The notes under the pieces are model-generated. The model saw nothing but the letters and a program-made list of their open reading frames with translations, ran no database searches and was not told the DNA's origin. Positions 17,359 through 26,119 of a stretch of 64,000 bases of DNA are shown in pieces. Made by a program: the position numbers and the translations under genes. How positions within the stretch are numbered: the first letter of the stretch is position 1; each line of letters begins with the position of its first letter. This DNA is from Gemmatimonadota bacterium (GTDB taxonomy: Bacteria; Gemmatimonadota; Gemmatimonadetes; Longimicrobiales; RSA9), in the NCBI GenBank assembly GCA_007126035.1, contig SLCC01000011.1:14286-78285 (forward strand), read 5' to 3'.

Positions 17359-18455
17359 TCACGACAGACGTCCTGGGCGGCGTCTGGGACCACACTGTCA
17401 CCCTGGTCCGGGAGCTGGCCGACGCAGGCGACGAGTGCCTGGTCGCCGTGATCGGCGCGCCGTCGGCGGCGCACCTCCGGCAGCTGCCCCACAACGTCGA
17501 GGTCGAGTACGGGGACTTCCTTCTGGAGTGGATGCCGGATGCGGAAAGGGACATCGCGTCCGCCACCGCCTGGTTGAGGGGGTTGGCGGGGAGATGGGGC
17601 GCCGAGCTCGTCCACTTCAACCAGTTCGCCTACTCTGCGGTCGATCACGACGTGCCGGTGGTGGTGGTGGCCCACAGCGACGTCTGCTCCTGGCACGCGG
17701 AGGTGACGGGGCAGGAGGCGCCGGCGGAATGGGACAGCTACCGGGCGAGGGTCCGGGCCGGGCTCCGGGCCGCCGACCGCATCGTGGCGCCCAGCCGATA
17801 TCAGTCCGACCTCCTGGCCCGACACTTCGGCCAGCCAGCCCACCACGTCATCCACAACGGTATCGGCTCCGGCAGCCGGCGGGACCTGCCGCCGGCCTCG
17901 GCCCGACCGTGGATTTGCAGTGCGGGCCGCGCCTGGGACCCGGCCAAGGGCATGGCTACGCTGGAGCGGGCGGCCCGCATGCTGGGCGACGCCGGGCCGC
18001 CCATCCGCGTGGCCGGGCCGCTCCAGGGCCCCGACAACACCCGCTTCGACCCGGGCCGGCTCGTGGCCCTGGGCCCCCGCTCCCGGGCCGATATGGACCG
18101 TCTCTTCGCCAGCACCGCGATCTACGTGGGCACCTCCCTCTACGAGCCCTTCGGCCTGGCGCCACTGGAAGCTGCCGACCATGGCTGTGCACTGGTGCTC
18201 TCGGACCTGGGGTCCTTCCGGGAGCTGTGGGACGACGTGGCGGCCTTCTTCCCTCCCGGCGACGCGGACGCCCTGGCCGGGTGCCTCCGTGACCTGGTCC
18301 GCGACCCCGCCCGCATGGACGAGATGGGGCGATCGGCGCGGCGCAGGGCTGGGGGCCGTTACACCGCCACCGCCATGGCGACAGCATACCGCCGGCTGTA
18401 CGCCGACCTGGTGGAAACGCGCCACGCCACCCGTGTGGAGGGGCAGGCCGTATGA
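17346..18455 (+). CDS. GT4-type (GT-B, group 1) glycosyltransferase
   Basis: Start re-set to MRILITTDVLGGVWDH. The C-terminal YEPFGLAPLEAADHGCALV is the E-x7-E-like GT4 motif. Overlaps upstream by 13 nt. Confidence 0.8.
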   Translation: MRILITTDVLGGVWDHTVTLVRELADAGDECLVAVIGAPSAAHLRQLPHNVEVEYGDFLLEWMPDAERDIASATAWLRGLAGRWGAELVHFNQFAYSAVDHDVPVVVVAHSDVCSWHAEVTGQEAPAEWDSYRARVRAGLRAADRIVAPSRYQSDLLARHFGQPAHHVIHNGIGSGSRRDLPPASARPWICSAGRAWDPAKGMATLERAARMLGDAGPPIRVAGPLQGPDNTRFDPGRLVALGPRSRADMDRLFASTAIYVGTSLYEPFGLAPLEAADHGCALVLSDLGSFRELWDDVAAFFPPGDADALAGCLRDLVRDPARMDEMGRSARRRAGGRYTATAMATAYRRLYADLVETRHATRVEGQAV

Positions 18456-19558
18456 AGCTGGTCTTCTTCACCCACAGCGTGGCCTCCGACTGGAACCACG
18501 GCAATGCCCACTTCCTCCGGGGTCTCCTGGACGCCCTGGCCCGGAAGGGCCATCCGGTCACCAGCGCCGAGCCGGTGGCGGGCTGGTCCCTGACCAACCT
18601 GGTCGAGGATGCCGGCGCCGCGCCTGTGGTCCGGTTCGCCCGGGAATTCCCCCGGATCGACGTCGTCAACTACCACGTCGACAAGGACCTCCCCGACCGC
18701 ATCCGGGAGATCACCGCCGGCGCCGACGCCGTCGTCGTCCACGAATGGACCGACCCAGCCGTGGTGGGGCTGCTGGCCCTGGAGCGGATCCGGCGCGACG
18801 ACTTCGTCCTGCTGTTCCACGACACGCACCACCGTGCCGTCAGCGCGCCGGGCGCCATGGCCGCTTTCAACCTGGGCCCGTACGACGGCGTCCTGGCCTT
18901 CGGCGACTCGCTCCGTGAGGTCTACGAGCGCAGGTACGGAGTTCAACGCGCCTGGACCTTCCACGAGGCGGCGGACACCGACCGCTTCCGCCCCCTGGAC
19001 CTCGAGCAGCGGGACGACGTGATCTGGATCGGGAACTGGGGCGACGAGGAGCGGAGCGACGAGTTGCGGACATACTGGCTGGACAGCGCCATGGCCCACC
19101 CCCACCTCCGGTTCGTGGCCTACGGGGCCCGTTACCCCGAGGACGCCCTGGAAGAGCTGGAGGCGGCGGGCGTCGACTTCCGCGGCTGGGCGCCGTCCCT
19201 GGATGTGCCCGAGCTCTTCGCCCGTAGCAGAATCACCCTGCACATCCCGAGACGCCTCTACGTGGAGGACCTGCCGGGCATCCCCACCATCCGTGTCTTC
19301 GAGGCGCTGGCCTGCGGGATCCCTCTGGTCTCCACGCCCTGGAAGGACACCGAGAGCCTGTTCCGTGACGACGACTTCGCCCTGGTCGACTCGCCGGCCG
19401 AGATGCGCCGCGTCATCGGTCGCCTCTACGCCGACCCGGACGTCCGGGCCGGGCAGGCGGAGCGGGGGCTGGAGACGATCCGGGCACGCCACACCTGCCG
19501 CCACCGGGCCGACCAGCTCCTGGAGATCCTGGCCGGGCTCGGGCACGACGGGTCCTGA
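18452..19558 (+). CDS. CgeB-like glycosyltransferase (Glyco_trans_1_2 type), paralogue 1
   Basis: MKLVFFTHSVASDWNHGNAHFLRGLL..; C-terminal RVFEALACGIPLVS. ATGA overlap with the upstream gene. Confidence 0.7.
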   Translation: MKLVFFTHSVASDWNHGNAHFLRGLLDALARKGHPVTSAEPVAGWSLTNLVEDAGAAPVVRFAREFPRIDVVNYHVDKDLPDRIREITAGADAVVVHEWTDPAVVGLLALERIRRDDFVLLFHDTHHRAVSAPGAMAAFNLGPYDGVLAFGDSLREVYERRYGVQRAWTFHEAADTDRFRPLDLEQRDDVIWIGNWGDEERSDELRTYWLDSAMAHPHLRFVAYGARYPEDALEELEAAGVDFRGWAPSLDVPELFARSRITLHIPRRLYVEDLPGIPTIRVFEALACGIPLVSTPWKDTESLFRDDDFALVDSPAEMRRVIGRLYADPDVRAGQAERGLETIRARHTCRHRADQLLEILAGLGHDGS

Positions 19559-19571
19559 GACTGGAGGAGCA

Positions 19572-20663
19572 ATGGCTCGACCGCATATCACATTCTTCGG
19601 ATCGTCCCTGGTGTCGTCCTACTGGAACGGTGCCGCAACCTACTACCGGGGGCTGCTACGACAGCTGGCGGGCCGGGGCTACGACATAACCTTCTGCGAG
19701 CCCGATGCCTACGATCGCCAGGCGCACCGGGACCTGGCCGAGGACCCGACCTGGGCCCGCATCTGCGTATACGACTCCGCCGCGCAGAGAGACCGCCTGC
19801 TGGACCGGGCCTTCCGGGAAAGCGACTGGGTGGTCAAGTGCAGCGGCGTCGGCGTCTGGGACCAGGAGTTGGAGCTCGCCCTGGCCGAGGGAGCAGGCGG
19901 CACCGCCCGCACCGCCTTCTGGGACGTGGACGCTCCCGCCACCCTGGCCGCCCTGGACCGGGACCCGGACATGCCCCTCAACAGGGCGATCCCCAACCTC
20001 GACCACGTCTTCACCTACGGCGGCGGGCCGCCTGTGGTCCGGCGGTACCTTGCCGCCGGCGCCAGGCAGTGCACGCCCATCTACAACGGGCTGGACCCAG
20101 AAGAGCACCGTCCCCCTGAGCGGCCAGGACCACCACGGTGGGACGCGCTGTTCATGGGCAACCGGCTCCCGGACCGGGAGGAGCGGGTCGACCGCTTCTT
20201 CTTCCGCGTGGCCCGCAGCCTGCCAGACCGGCGCTTCGCCCTGGGCGGCGAAGGCTGGGACAGCACGCGGATGCCGCACAACGTGGACCGGCTGGGGCAC
20301 GTGCCCACCAGCCGCCACAACGAGATCAATGGCGCCAGCCGGCTGGTCGTCAACATCCACCGTGACTCCATGGTGGCGAACGGGTACTCCCCAGCCACGC
20401 GGATGTTCGAGGCCGCCGGGGCCGGCGCCTGCCAGGTTACCGACAGCTGGCAGGGGATCGAGGAGTTCTTCGAGCCGGGGAGCGAGATCCTGGTCGCGGC
20501 GGATACAGAGGAGATGGTCAGGCACCTGGTCGAGACCGACGACCAACGCGCCGCGGCCATCGGTGGCGCAGCCCGGGACCGGGCCCTGAACGACCACACC
20601 TACCGCCGCCGCGCCGCCCGGCTGGACCAGGTGCTACGCAGCTACAAGGGAGTCGCCGCATGA
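19572..20663 (+). CDS. CgeB-like glycosyltransferase, paralogue 2
   Basis: Start re-set to MARPHITFFGSSLVSSYWNGAATYYRGLL, with GGAGGAG 3 nt upstream. C-terminal RMFEAAGAGACQVTD. Confidence 0.7.
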   Translation: MARPHITFFGSSLVSSYWNGAATYYRGLLRQLAGRGYDITFCEPDAYDRQAHRDLAEDPTWARICVYDSAAQRDRLLDRAFRESDWVVKCSGVGVWDQELELALAEGAGGTARTAFWDVDAPATLAALDRDPDMPLNRAIPNLDHVFTYGGGPPVVRRYLAAGARQCTPIYNGLDPEEHRPPERPGPPRWDALFMGNRLPDREERVDRFFFRVARSLPDRRFALGGEGWDSTRMPHNVDRLGHVPTSRHNEINGASRLVVNIHRDSMVANGYSPATRMFEAAGAGACQVTDSWQGIEEFFEPGSEILVAADTEEMVRHLVETDDQRAAAIGGAARDRALNDHTYRRRAARLDQVLRSYKGVAA

Positions 20664-21781
20664 AGCTCGTCGTCTTCGGCCTGTCCCTCTCCTCGAGCTG
20701 GGGGAACGGCCACGCCACCACCTATCGGGCCCTGCTCCGGGGGTTCGCGCGCCGCGGGCACGACGTCGTCTTCTACGAGTGGGACGCGCCCTGGTACCGG
20801 GGACACCGCCGGGACCTGCCCGACCCGGACTTCTGCCAGCTGCACCTCTACCCCGACTGGGAACAGGTGGCGCCCGACGCCCTGGCCCGGGCGCGAGAGG
20901 CGGACGCCGTGGTGGTGGGCTCCTACGTCGAGCGCGGGCCCCGCGTCATCGACGACCTCCTCGCCGCCGGCATCGCGCCCGCCTTCTACGACATCGACAC
21001 CCCCGTCACCGTCGCCCAGCTCCGCCGCGGTGAGACGGTGTCACTCCGGCCCGACCAGGTGCCCGATCTGCGGCTGTACCTGTCCTTCACCGGCGGCCCC
21101 TTCCTCCGCCAGGTGCTGGAAGGAGAGCTGGCGGCACGGTCCGCGTACCCCCTCTACTGCTGCGTCGAGGAAGAGAGCTACCAGCCCGTGGAGCGCGACC
21201 CCGACCTGGCCGCGGACCTGGCGTACATGGGGACCTACGCGCCGGACCGCCAGCCCGGCCTCGAGCGGCTCCTCAGCGAGCCGGCCAGGCTCCTGGAGCG
21301 GCGCAGCTTCATGGTGGCGGGACCCCAGTATCCAGACCACATCACCTGGCCCACCAACGTCAGGCGCCTGGACCACCTGCCGCCGGCGAGGCATCCTGCC
21401 TTCTACTCCAGCGCCGGCTGGCAGCTGAACCTCACCCGGGCCGACATGCGCCGGGCGGGGTGGTCGCCGTCGGTCAGACTGTTCGAGGCCGCCGCTTGTG
21501 CCGCACCCATGCTCTCGGACCACTGGGACGGGCTGGACGCGTTCTTCACCCCGGGCAGGGAGGTTCTGCTGCCCGAGAGCGGGGAGGAGGTGGTGGGGAT
21601 CCTCGAGTCCTTCCACGACGACGACCGCCGGGCCATCGGCGTCGCCGCCAGGCAGCGGGTCCTGGCGGAGCACACCGCCAGCCACAGGGCGGCGGAGCTG
21701 GAGGGGCTGCTCCTGGAGCGGCCCGCTCCCAGTACAGCGCATGCAGGGGAAACCGTGGACAGGAGTGGCCCCCGATCATGA
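20660..21781 (+). CDS. CgeB-like glycosyltransferase, paralogue 3
   Basis: MKLVVFGLSLSSSWGNGHATTYRALL..; C-terminal RLFEAAACAAPMLSD. ATGA overlaps at both ends. Confidence 0.7.
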   Translation: MKLVVFGLSLSSSWGNGHATTYRALLRGFARRGHDVVFYEWDAPWYRGHRRDLPDPDFCQLHLYPDWEQVAPDALARAREADAVVVGSYVERGPRVIDDLLAAGIAPAFYDIDTPVTVAQLRRGETVSLRPDQVPDLRLYLSFTGGPFLRQVLEGELAARSAYPLYCCVEEESYQPVERDPDLAADLAYMGTYAPDRQPGLERLLSEPARLLERRSFMVAGPQYPDHITWPTNVRRLDHLPPARHPAFYSSAGWQLNLTRADMRRAGWSPSVRLFEAAACAAPMLSDHWDGLDAFFTPGREVLLPESGEEVVGILESFHDDDRRAIGVAARQRVLAEHTASHRAAELEGLLLERPAPSTAHAGETVDRSGPRS

Positions 21782-22605
21782 CCGGGACCGCGAACCAGGT
21801 GCCCACGATCCAGCTGCCCGGCGGCGTCGCCATGCCGCAACTCGGCCTGGGCACCTGGGAGCTCAGGGGCGACGAGTGCGAACGGGCCGTCCGGTTCGCC
21901 ATCGAAGTCGGATACAGGCACATCGACACCGCCGAGGGCTACGGCAACGAAGACGCCGTGGGGCGCGGCATCCGCGGCGTCGACCGGGAGAGCCTCTTCA
22001 TCACGTCCAAGGTGTGGAGGAGCCGTCTCGGCCGCTCGGACCTGGTGGCCGTCTGCGAGAACTCTCTCCGTGAGCTGGGGACCGAGTACCTGGACCTGCT
22101 CCTGGTCCACTGGCCTAACAGCGACATCCCCATCGGCGAGACCGTCGAAGGCTTCATGGACCTCCGCCAGGCGGGGAAGATACGGGCGTGGGGGGTCAGC
22201 AACTTCACCGAATCCCACCACCGGGAAACGGTGGCCCACCACACGCCGGCCACCAACCAGGTCGAGCTACACCCCTTCTTCAACCAGAGGCAGCTCAGCG
22301 CCGTGTGCCGTGACCTGGGCGTGCCCGTCACCGCCTACTCGCCCCTGGCCAGAGGACGTGTGGCAGCGGACCCGACCATCCGTGGGATCGCCGACTCGCA
22401 CGGCGTCACTCCCGCCCAGGTGGCCGTGCGATGGGCTATCCAGCATGGTTACGCCGTCATCCCCAAGTCCGCTGACCCCGGAAGGATGCGGTCGAACCTC
22501 AACGTCTTCGGATTCCAGTTGTCGGGCCAGGAGATTACCGCCATCGACGCCCTGCCTCAGGGGGACAGATTGGTTGACGGGAGCTGGTCGGAGTTCCACC
22601 GCTGA
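21778..22605 (+). CDS. aldo/keto reductase
   Basis: Start re-set to MTGTANQVPTIQLPGGVAMPQLGLGTWEL. Contains GYRHIDTAEGYGNE and LDLLLVHWP (AKR catalytic Asp/Tyr/Lys/His context). Confidence 0.85.
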   Translation: MTGTANQVPTIQLPGGVAMPQLGLGTWELRGDECERAVRFAIEVGYRHIDTAEGYGNEDAVGRGIRGVDRESLFITSKVWRSRLGRSDLVAVCENSLRELGTEYLDLLLVHWPNSDIPIGETVEGFMDLRQAGKIRAWGVSNFTESHHRETVAHHTPATNQVELHPFFNQRQLSAVCRDLGVPVTAYSPLARGRVAADPTIRGIADSHGVTPAQVAVRWAIQHGYAVIPKSADPGRMRSNLNVFGFQLSGQEITAIDALPQGDRLVDGSWSEFHR

Positions 22606-22724
22606 CGTGGGCCCACACCGGCGACGTGGCATGTGAATCGCGCCGGCAGTGAAACGGTCGGTCGGGCTGAACGGCCGATCGGTGAGCCGGGACCGGTCGG
22701 TCGGCAACGCCCAGGCGGCAGAGT

Positions 22725-23759
22725 TCAGGCGGTCTTGACCTTTGGCCTGGCGGCCAGGGCACGACGGAGCGCCCCGTACGCCGGCTTCTCCTGCCCAGCC
22801 ACCAGAAACCCATCCCGGTACCGGATCAGCCCCATGTGATACTCCGCCTCCTCACGGGGGCCTCCATGGGCTTCCTCGATGGCCACCCGGCTCGGGGGCA
22901 GGTCGAACAGCGTGTACCAGTACATCCGCTCAGCCGGCGCCGTCAGCGCTTCATGCAACCGGGCCATCTGCACATCCTCACGACACCGGATGTCTTCACC
23001 CTTGTGGTAGGTGGCCAGCCCGGTCTCCGTTACCCAGACCGGTAGCCCGCTGGTCCGCTCCAGCTCGCCTATCCTGTGCTCCCAGCCGTACCAGTGGCTC
23101 GGATGGTCCCAGGACGTGGCGTAGGGCTCCCACATCTGGGGGAACGCATGGATGCCCAGCACGTCCATGTGCTCGAGCACGCCGTGCCGGGCCATTGTCC
23201 GCACGAACTCGTAGTCCAGGAGGGTGATCCCACCCAGAACAGTCACCTTGCCGCGCTGGCGAGCCGAGTTGCCCGCATCGCTCACCATCTCCGCGAAGAT
23301 CTCGTGATCCGGGTCGTAACGGGGGTCCCACTTGTACGGGTTGTTCGGCTCGTTCCACAGCTCGATGGCGTCGAAAACGGTACCGTAGGAGCGGATCGTC
23401 TCATCGATGAAGTCCGCATAGTCACGGGGCCGAACGGGGGGAAGCGCCGAATTGCCGCCAGCCGGGTCCGCCGTGATCGATGGCGGCGTGTGCCAGACCG
23501 ACAGCAGCACCTCCAGGTCGCTGCTACCCAGGACCTGCATCAGGTGGTCGTACCAGGCCCGGCCACGGGGGCGATGGTAGTCCGCCCATGACAGGCCGGT
23601 CCGGAGGTGCCGCACACCCAGCTCGTCCAGCGCCTCCACCGTCGCATCAAGGAGCCGCCAGTCCTCGTAGTGGAACCACTGACAGATGCCGAACCGGTCC
23701 GCAAGGTTGTCGTTCTCTATCGATGCCGGGGGCTTCGGGTGGCTCGGGTGTTGGGCCAT
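22725..23759 (-). CDS. cytoplasmic clan GH-A glycoside hydrolase ((beta/alpha)8; GH5/GH39-like)
   Basis: Start re-set to MAQHPSHP. ELWNEPN is the acid/base motif and VWVTETG the nucleophile motif. No signal peptide. Confidence 0.65.
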   Translation of the reverse strand: MAQHPSHPKPPASIENDNLADRFGICQWFHYEDWRLLDATVEALDELGVRHLRTGLSWADYHRPRGRAWYDHLMQVLGSSDLEVLLSVWHTPPSITADPAGGNSALPPVRPRDYADFIDETIRSYGTVFDAIELWNEPNNPYKWDPRYDPDHEIFAEMVSDAGNSARQRGKVTVLGGITLLDYEFVRTMARHGVLEHMDVLGIHAFPQMWEPYATSWDHPSHWYGWEHRIGELERTSGLPVWVTETGLATYHKGEDIRCREDVQMARLHEALTAPAERMYWYTLFDLPPSRVAIEEAHGGPREEAEYHMGLIRYRDGFLVAGQEKPAYGALRRALAARPKVKTA

Positions 23760-23964
23760 GGGAGATGTCCGTTCCGGAGGATCGCCGCCGTGGTGATTCT
23801 CGTCCGGCCGTACGACCGGGCAAGGACCGTTCCAGAATGTGCGGGTCTCCGTGACGGAGCGGTCCCGAGCGGAGCTGCCCTGGAAGGATCGGGGACTGAG
23901 ATAGGTAGACCGGGTGGCGCGGCGAGGAGGGCGGGGGCGCGAGTTGAGCCACATCTCCCGGTGG

Positions 23965-24459
23965 TCAGGCCACATCGCGTCGCGGCTCTGCCCCTGCCGG
24001 CGCCAGGTCGAAGCGGCGCTCGAGCTCGCGGCGGGTCCTGTCGAGGGCTCTCAGGTCGGTGGTGACGTTGCAGTCCAGGTGGCAATGACGTAGGCCGTTC
24101 TGCTCCAGGACCTGGTAGTCGCGGTTGGAGAGGCCGTCTCCGTTCTCTATCCAAACGAACTCCCTGCCCATGGCCAGGTGCTCGACCCAGGAGATGCCGT
24201 CCACCTTGGTGCCGCTGTAATCCCAGTTCCAGCCCTGGATGCTTGCGAGCTCGCCGGGATCGATCCGGACCATCTTCGCCAGGTCGACCAGGAGATGCTC
24301 CGGCATGGTGCCGGACGGGCACCACCGGGTCAGCCATCGGACCTCGAAGTGATCGAGGGCCCATCGCATGAATGCGTGTGTTCCCGGGACGGGCCTCGGT
24401 TTGCCGTCAGCCCAGTTCAGCAGCGTGTCATCTATGTCCAGGTACAACACGGGAGCCAC
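23965..24459 (-). CDS. small HAD-superfamily phosphatase-like protein
   Basis: The N-terminal LYLDIDDTLL is the DxDxT motif of HAD phosphatases. 164 aa with no cap domain evident. Confidence 0.55.
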   Translation of the reverse strand: MAPVLYLDIDDTLLNWADGKPRPVPGTHAFMRWALDHFEVRWLTRWCPSGTMPEHLLVDLAKMVRIDPGELASIQGWNWDYSGTKVDGISWVEHLAMGREFVWIENGDGLSNRDYQVLEQNGLRHCHLDCNVTTDLRALDRTRRELERRFDLAPAGAEPRRDVA

Positions 24460-24492
24460 GTCAGCACCCCTAGAGTCGGTGTTCTGACCGCC

Positions 24493-25467
24493 TCAGGTTG
24501 CAGGTGCTGTACCATTGGTTCGGCGGCGGAGCGATTCGGCCCGGTCGGCAGCGGATGCGGCCACCGCCGCGGCGTGCTCGGCGTGGCCCACGTGCGCGGA
24601 GAAGAAGCCCAGGTTGAGGAGGTGGTAGAGTGCGAACCAGTCCATGGCGAAGGGGTCCAGTTCGAGACCGTAGCCGGCCTGGACCTCTCTGAACCAGTCC
24701 TCTGGCAGTGGCTGGTCGAAATGGGGGCCGTGGAGGACCACCAGGTTGGCCAGGTCCATCTCCCTGGGCCCGCCGCCCGCTCCTTCGAGATCGATGAACC
24801 CGTCACAGGTGGCGGCGTAGCCGGTGCACATCACGTTCCTTGCGTGGGGATCGCCATGGAGCAGGACCCGGGGCTGGTCGCCTACTCGGCGCTCCAGCTC
24901 GGGCAGTGTTGCCAGAGCCGTCTTCAGCGAGTCGTAGCCGGCGGGCCACTCCCCCGCCACGGCCGGTCCCAGCCGGTGCCCCACGTCCCGTCCCAGGAAG
25001 TGCTCCAGCGGCTCGTCCTTGCCCTCACCCAGACGACCCACGCTGTCCAGGTCGACCTCGTGGACCCGTCGCAGGAGCCCACCCCAGGTGCGGAGCACCC
25101 GGCGCTGCGCTTCACCATTCAGGCGGGGCCAGATGGAGGCCTTCGTCTCCAGCTCGATACGCCAGTAGCAGAGAACCGGCCGCCCCGCCACCATGTCCGG
25201 GATGGGCAGGTGATGGGGCACCACCACGTCACGGTCCTGGAGGAGGCGGGCAGCCTGCCGCTCCGCCTCGAACCCGGGCGCCGCCCAGCGAAAGCGAGCC
25301 AGCTTGACCATCAGCACGCGGCCGTCGTCCAGCTCGATCCGGCCCACATCGTTACTGTGCTGTCGCCAGGTGACCTTGACCACGCTGTGCTCCGGCTGAC
25401 CGATGGCCGCCACCACCTGCCGGAGCACCTGTCCTCGTGTCGTCTCTTCCGCCATCTCGTACGCCAT
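24493..25467 (-). CDS. aminoglycoside-phosphotransferase-fold (APH/ChoK-like) small-molecule kinase
   Basis: LLHGDPHARNVM is the HGDxxxxN catalytic loop, with FIDLEGAG downstream. 33 nt upstream of the HAD-like gene on the same strand. Confidence 0.75.
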   Translation of the reverse strand: MAYEMAEETTRGQVLRQVVAAIGQPEHSVVKVTWRQHSNDVGRIELDDGRVLMVKLARFRWAAPGFEAERQAARLLQDRDVVVPHHLPIPDMVAGRPVLCYWRIELETKASIWPRLNGEAQRRVLRTWGGLLRRVHEVDLDSVGRLGEGKDEPLEHFLGRDVGHRLGPAVAGEWPAGYDSLKTALATLPELERRVGDQPRVLLHGDPHARNVMCTGYAATCDGFIDLEGAGGGPREMDLANLVVLHGPHFDQPLPEDWFREVQAGYGLELDPFAMDWFALYHLLNLGFFSAHVGHAEHAAAVAASAADRAESLRRRTNGTAPAT

Positions 25468-25633
25468 TCCCGCTTCCGCTCGCGTTGACCCGTTGTCTTG
25501 TGCTCGGCCTCATTACCCGCCTGGGTCGCCGAGGTGGCACGGGAGCGACGCCCGCTGGTGGAGCCCCTCCGTTGCTAGCGTCGGGCGCGTCCCCGATTGT
25601 TGGTGGCCTCTCCGGGTTATAGCTTCTGCCACC

Positions 25634-26119
25634 ATGACCATCAGACTATTCGTTACCGGCGGGACGTTCGACAAGGAATACGACGAGATCCACGGCCGGC
25701 TCTACTTCCAGGACACCCACCTCCCTCAGATGCTGGAGCTGGGGCGATGCAGGCTCGATATCGAGATCCGCACCATCATGATGGTGGATTCCCTGGAGAT
25801 GACCGCCTCGGACCGCGAGCTCGTAGCCCGCCAGTGCGTGGACGCGCCCGAGAACCGCATCGTCATAACCCACGGCACCGATACCATGGTGGAGACTGCC
25901 GCTGTCCTGGCGGAAACGGTCCCGGGCAAGACGGTGGTCCTGACTGGCGCCATGATACCCATAGCTTTCGGCAGCTCCGACGGCCTCTTCAACCTGGGCG
26001 GCGCACTGGCCGTGGTGCAGGTCCTGCCGCCGGGCGTGTACCTGGTCATGAACGGTAGGGTGTTCCACTGGGACCGGGTGCGGAAGAATCGGAAGACCGG
26101 CGTTTTCGAGAGTCTATAG
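25634..26119 (+). CDS. stand-alone asparaginase/GatD-type N-terminal domain protein
   Basis: Start re-set to MTIRLFVTGGTFDKEY. Contains VTGGTFD and ITHGTDTM (the two Thr motifs of type I asparaginases). Only 161 aa, with no C-terminal domain. Confidence 0.7.
   Translation: MTIRLFVTGGTFDKEYDEIHGRLYFQDTHLPQMLELGRCRLDIEIRTIMMVDSLEMTASDRELVARQCVDAPENRIVITHGTDTMVETAAVLAETVPGKTVVLTGAMIPIAFGSSDGLFNLGGALAVVQVLPPGVYLVMNGRVFHWDRVRKNRKTGVFESL

Noticed and set aside
22655-22704. 11-nt direct repeat CGGTCGGTCGG (22655-22665 and 22694-22704) around a CCGATCGG palindrome, between the convergent AKR and glycosidase genes.
   Set aside because: It is a short, GC-only motif that could arise by chance at this composition. 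It most likely contributes only to a convergent terminator structure. I recorded it but did not promote it.
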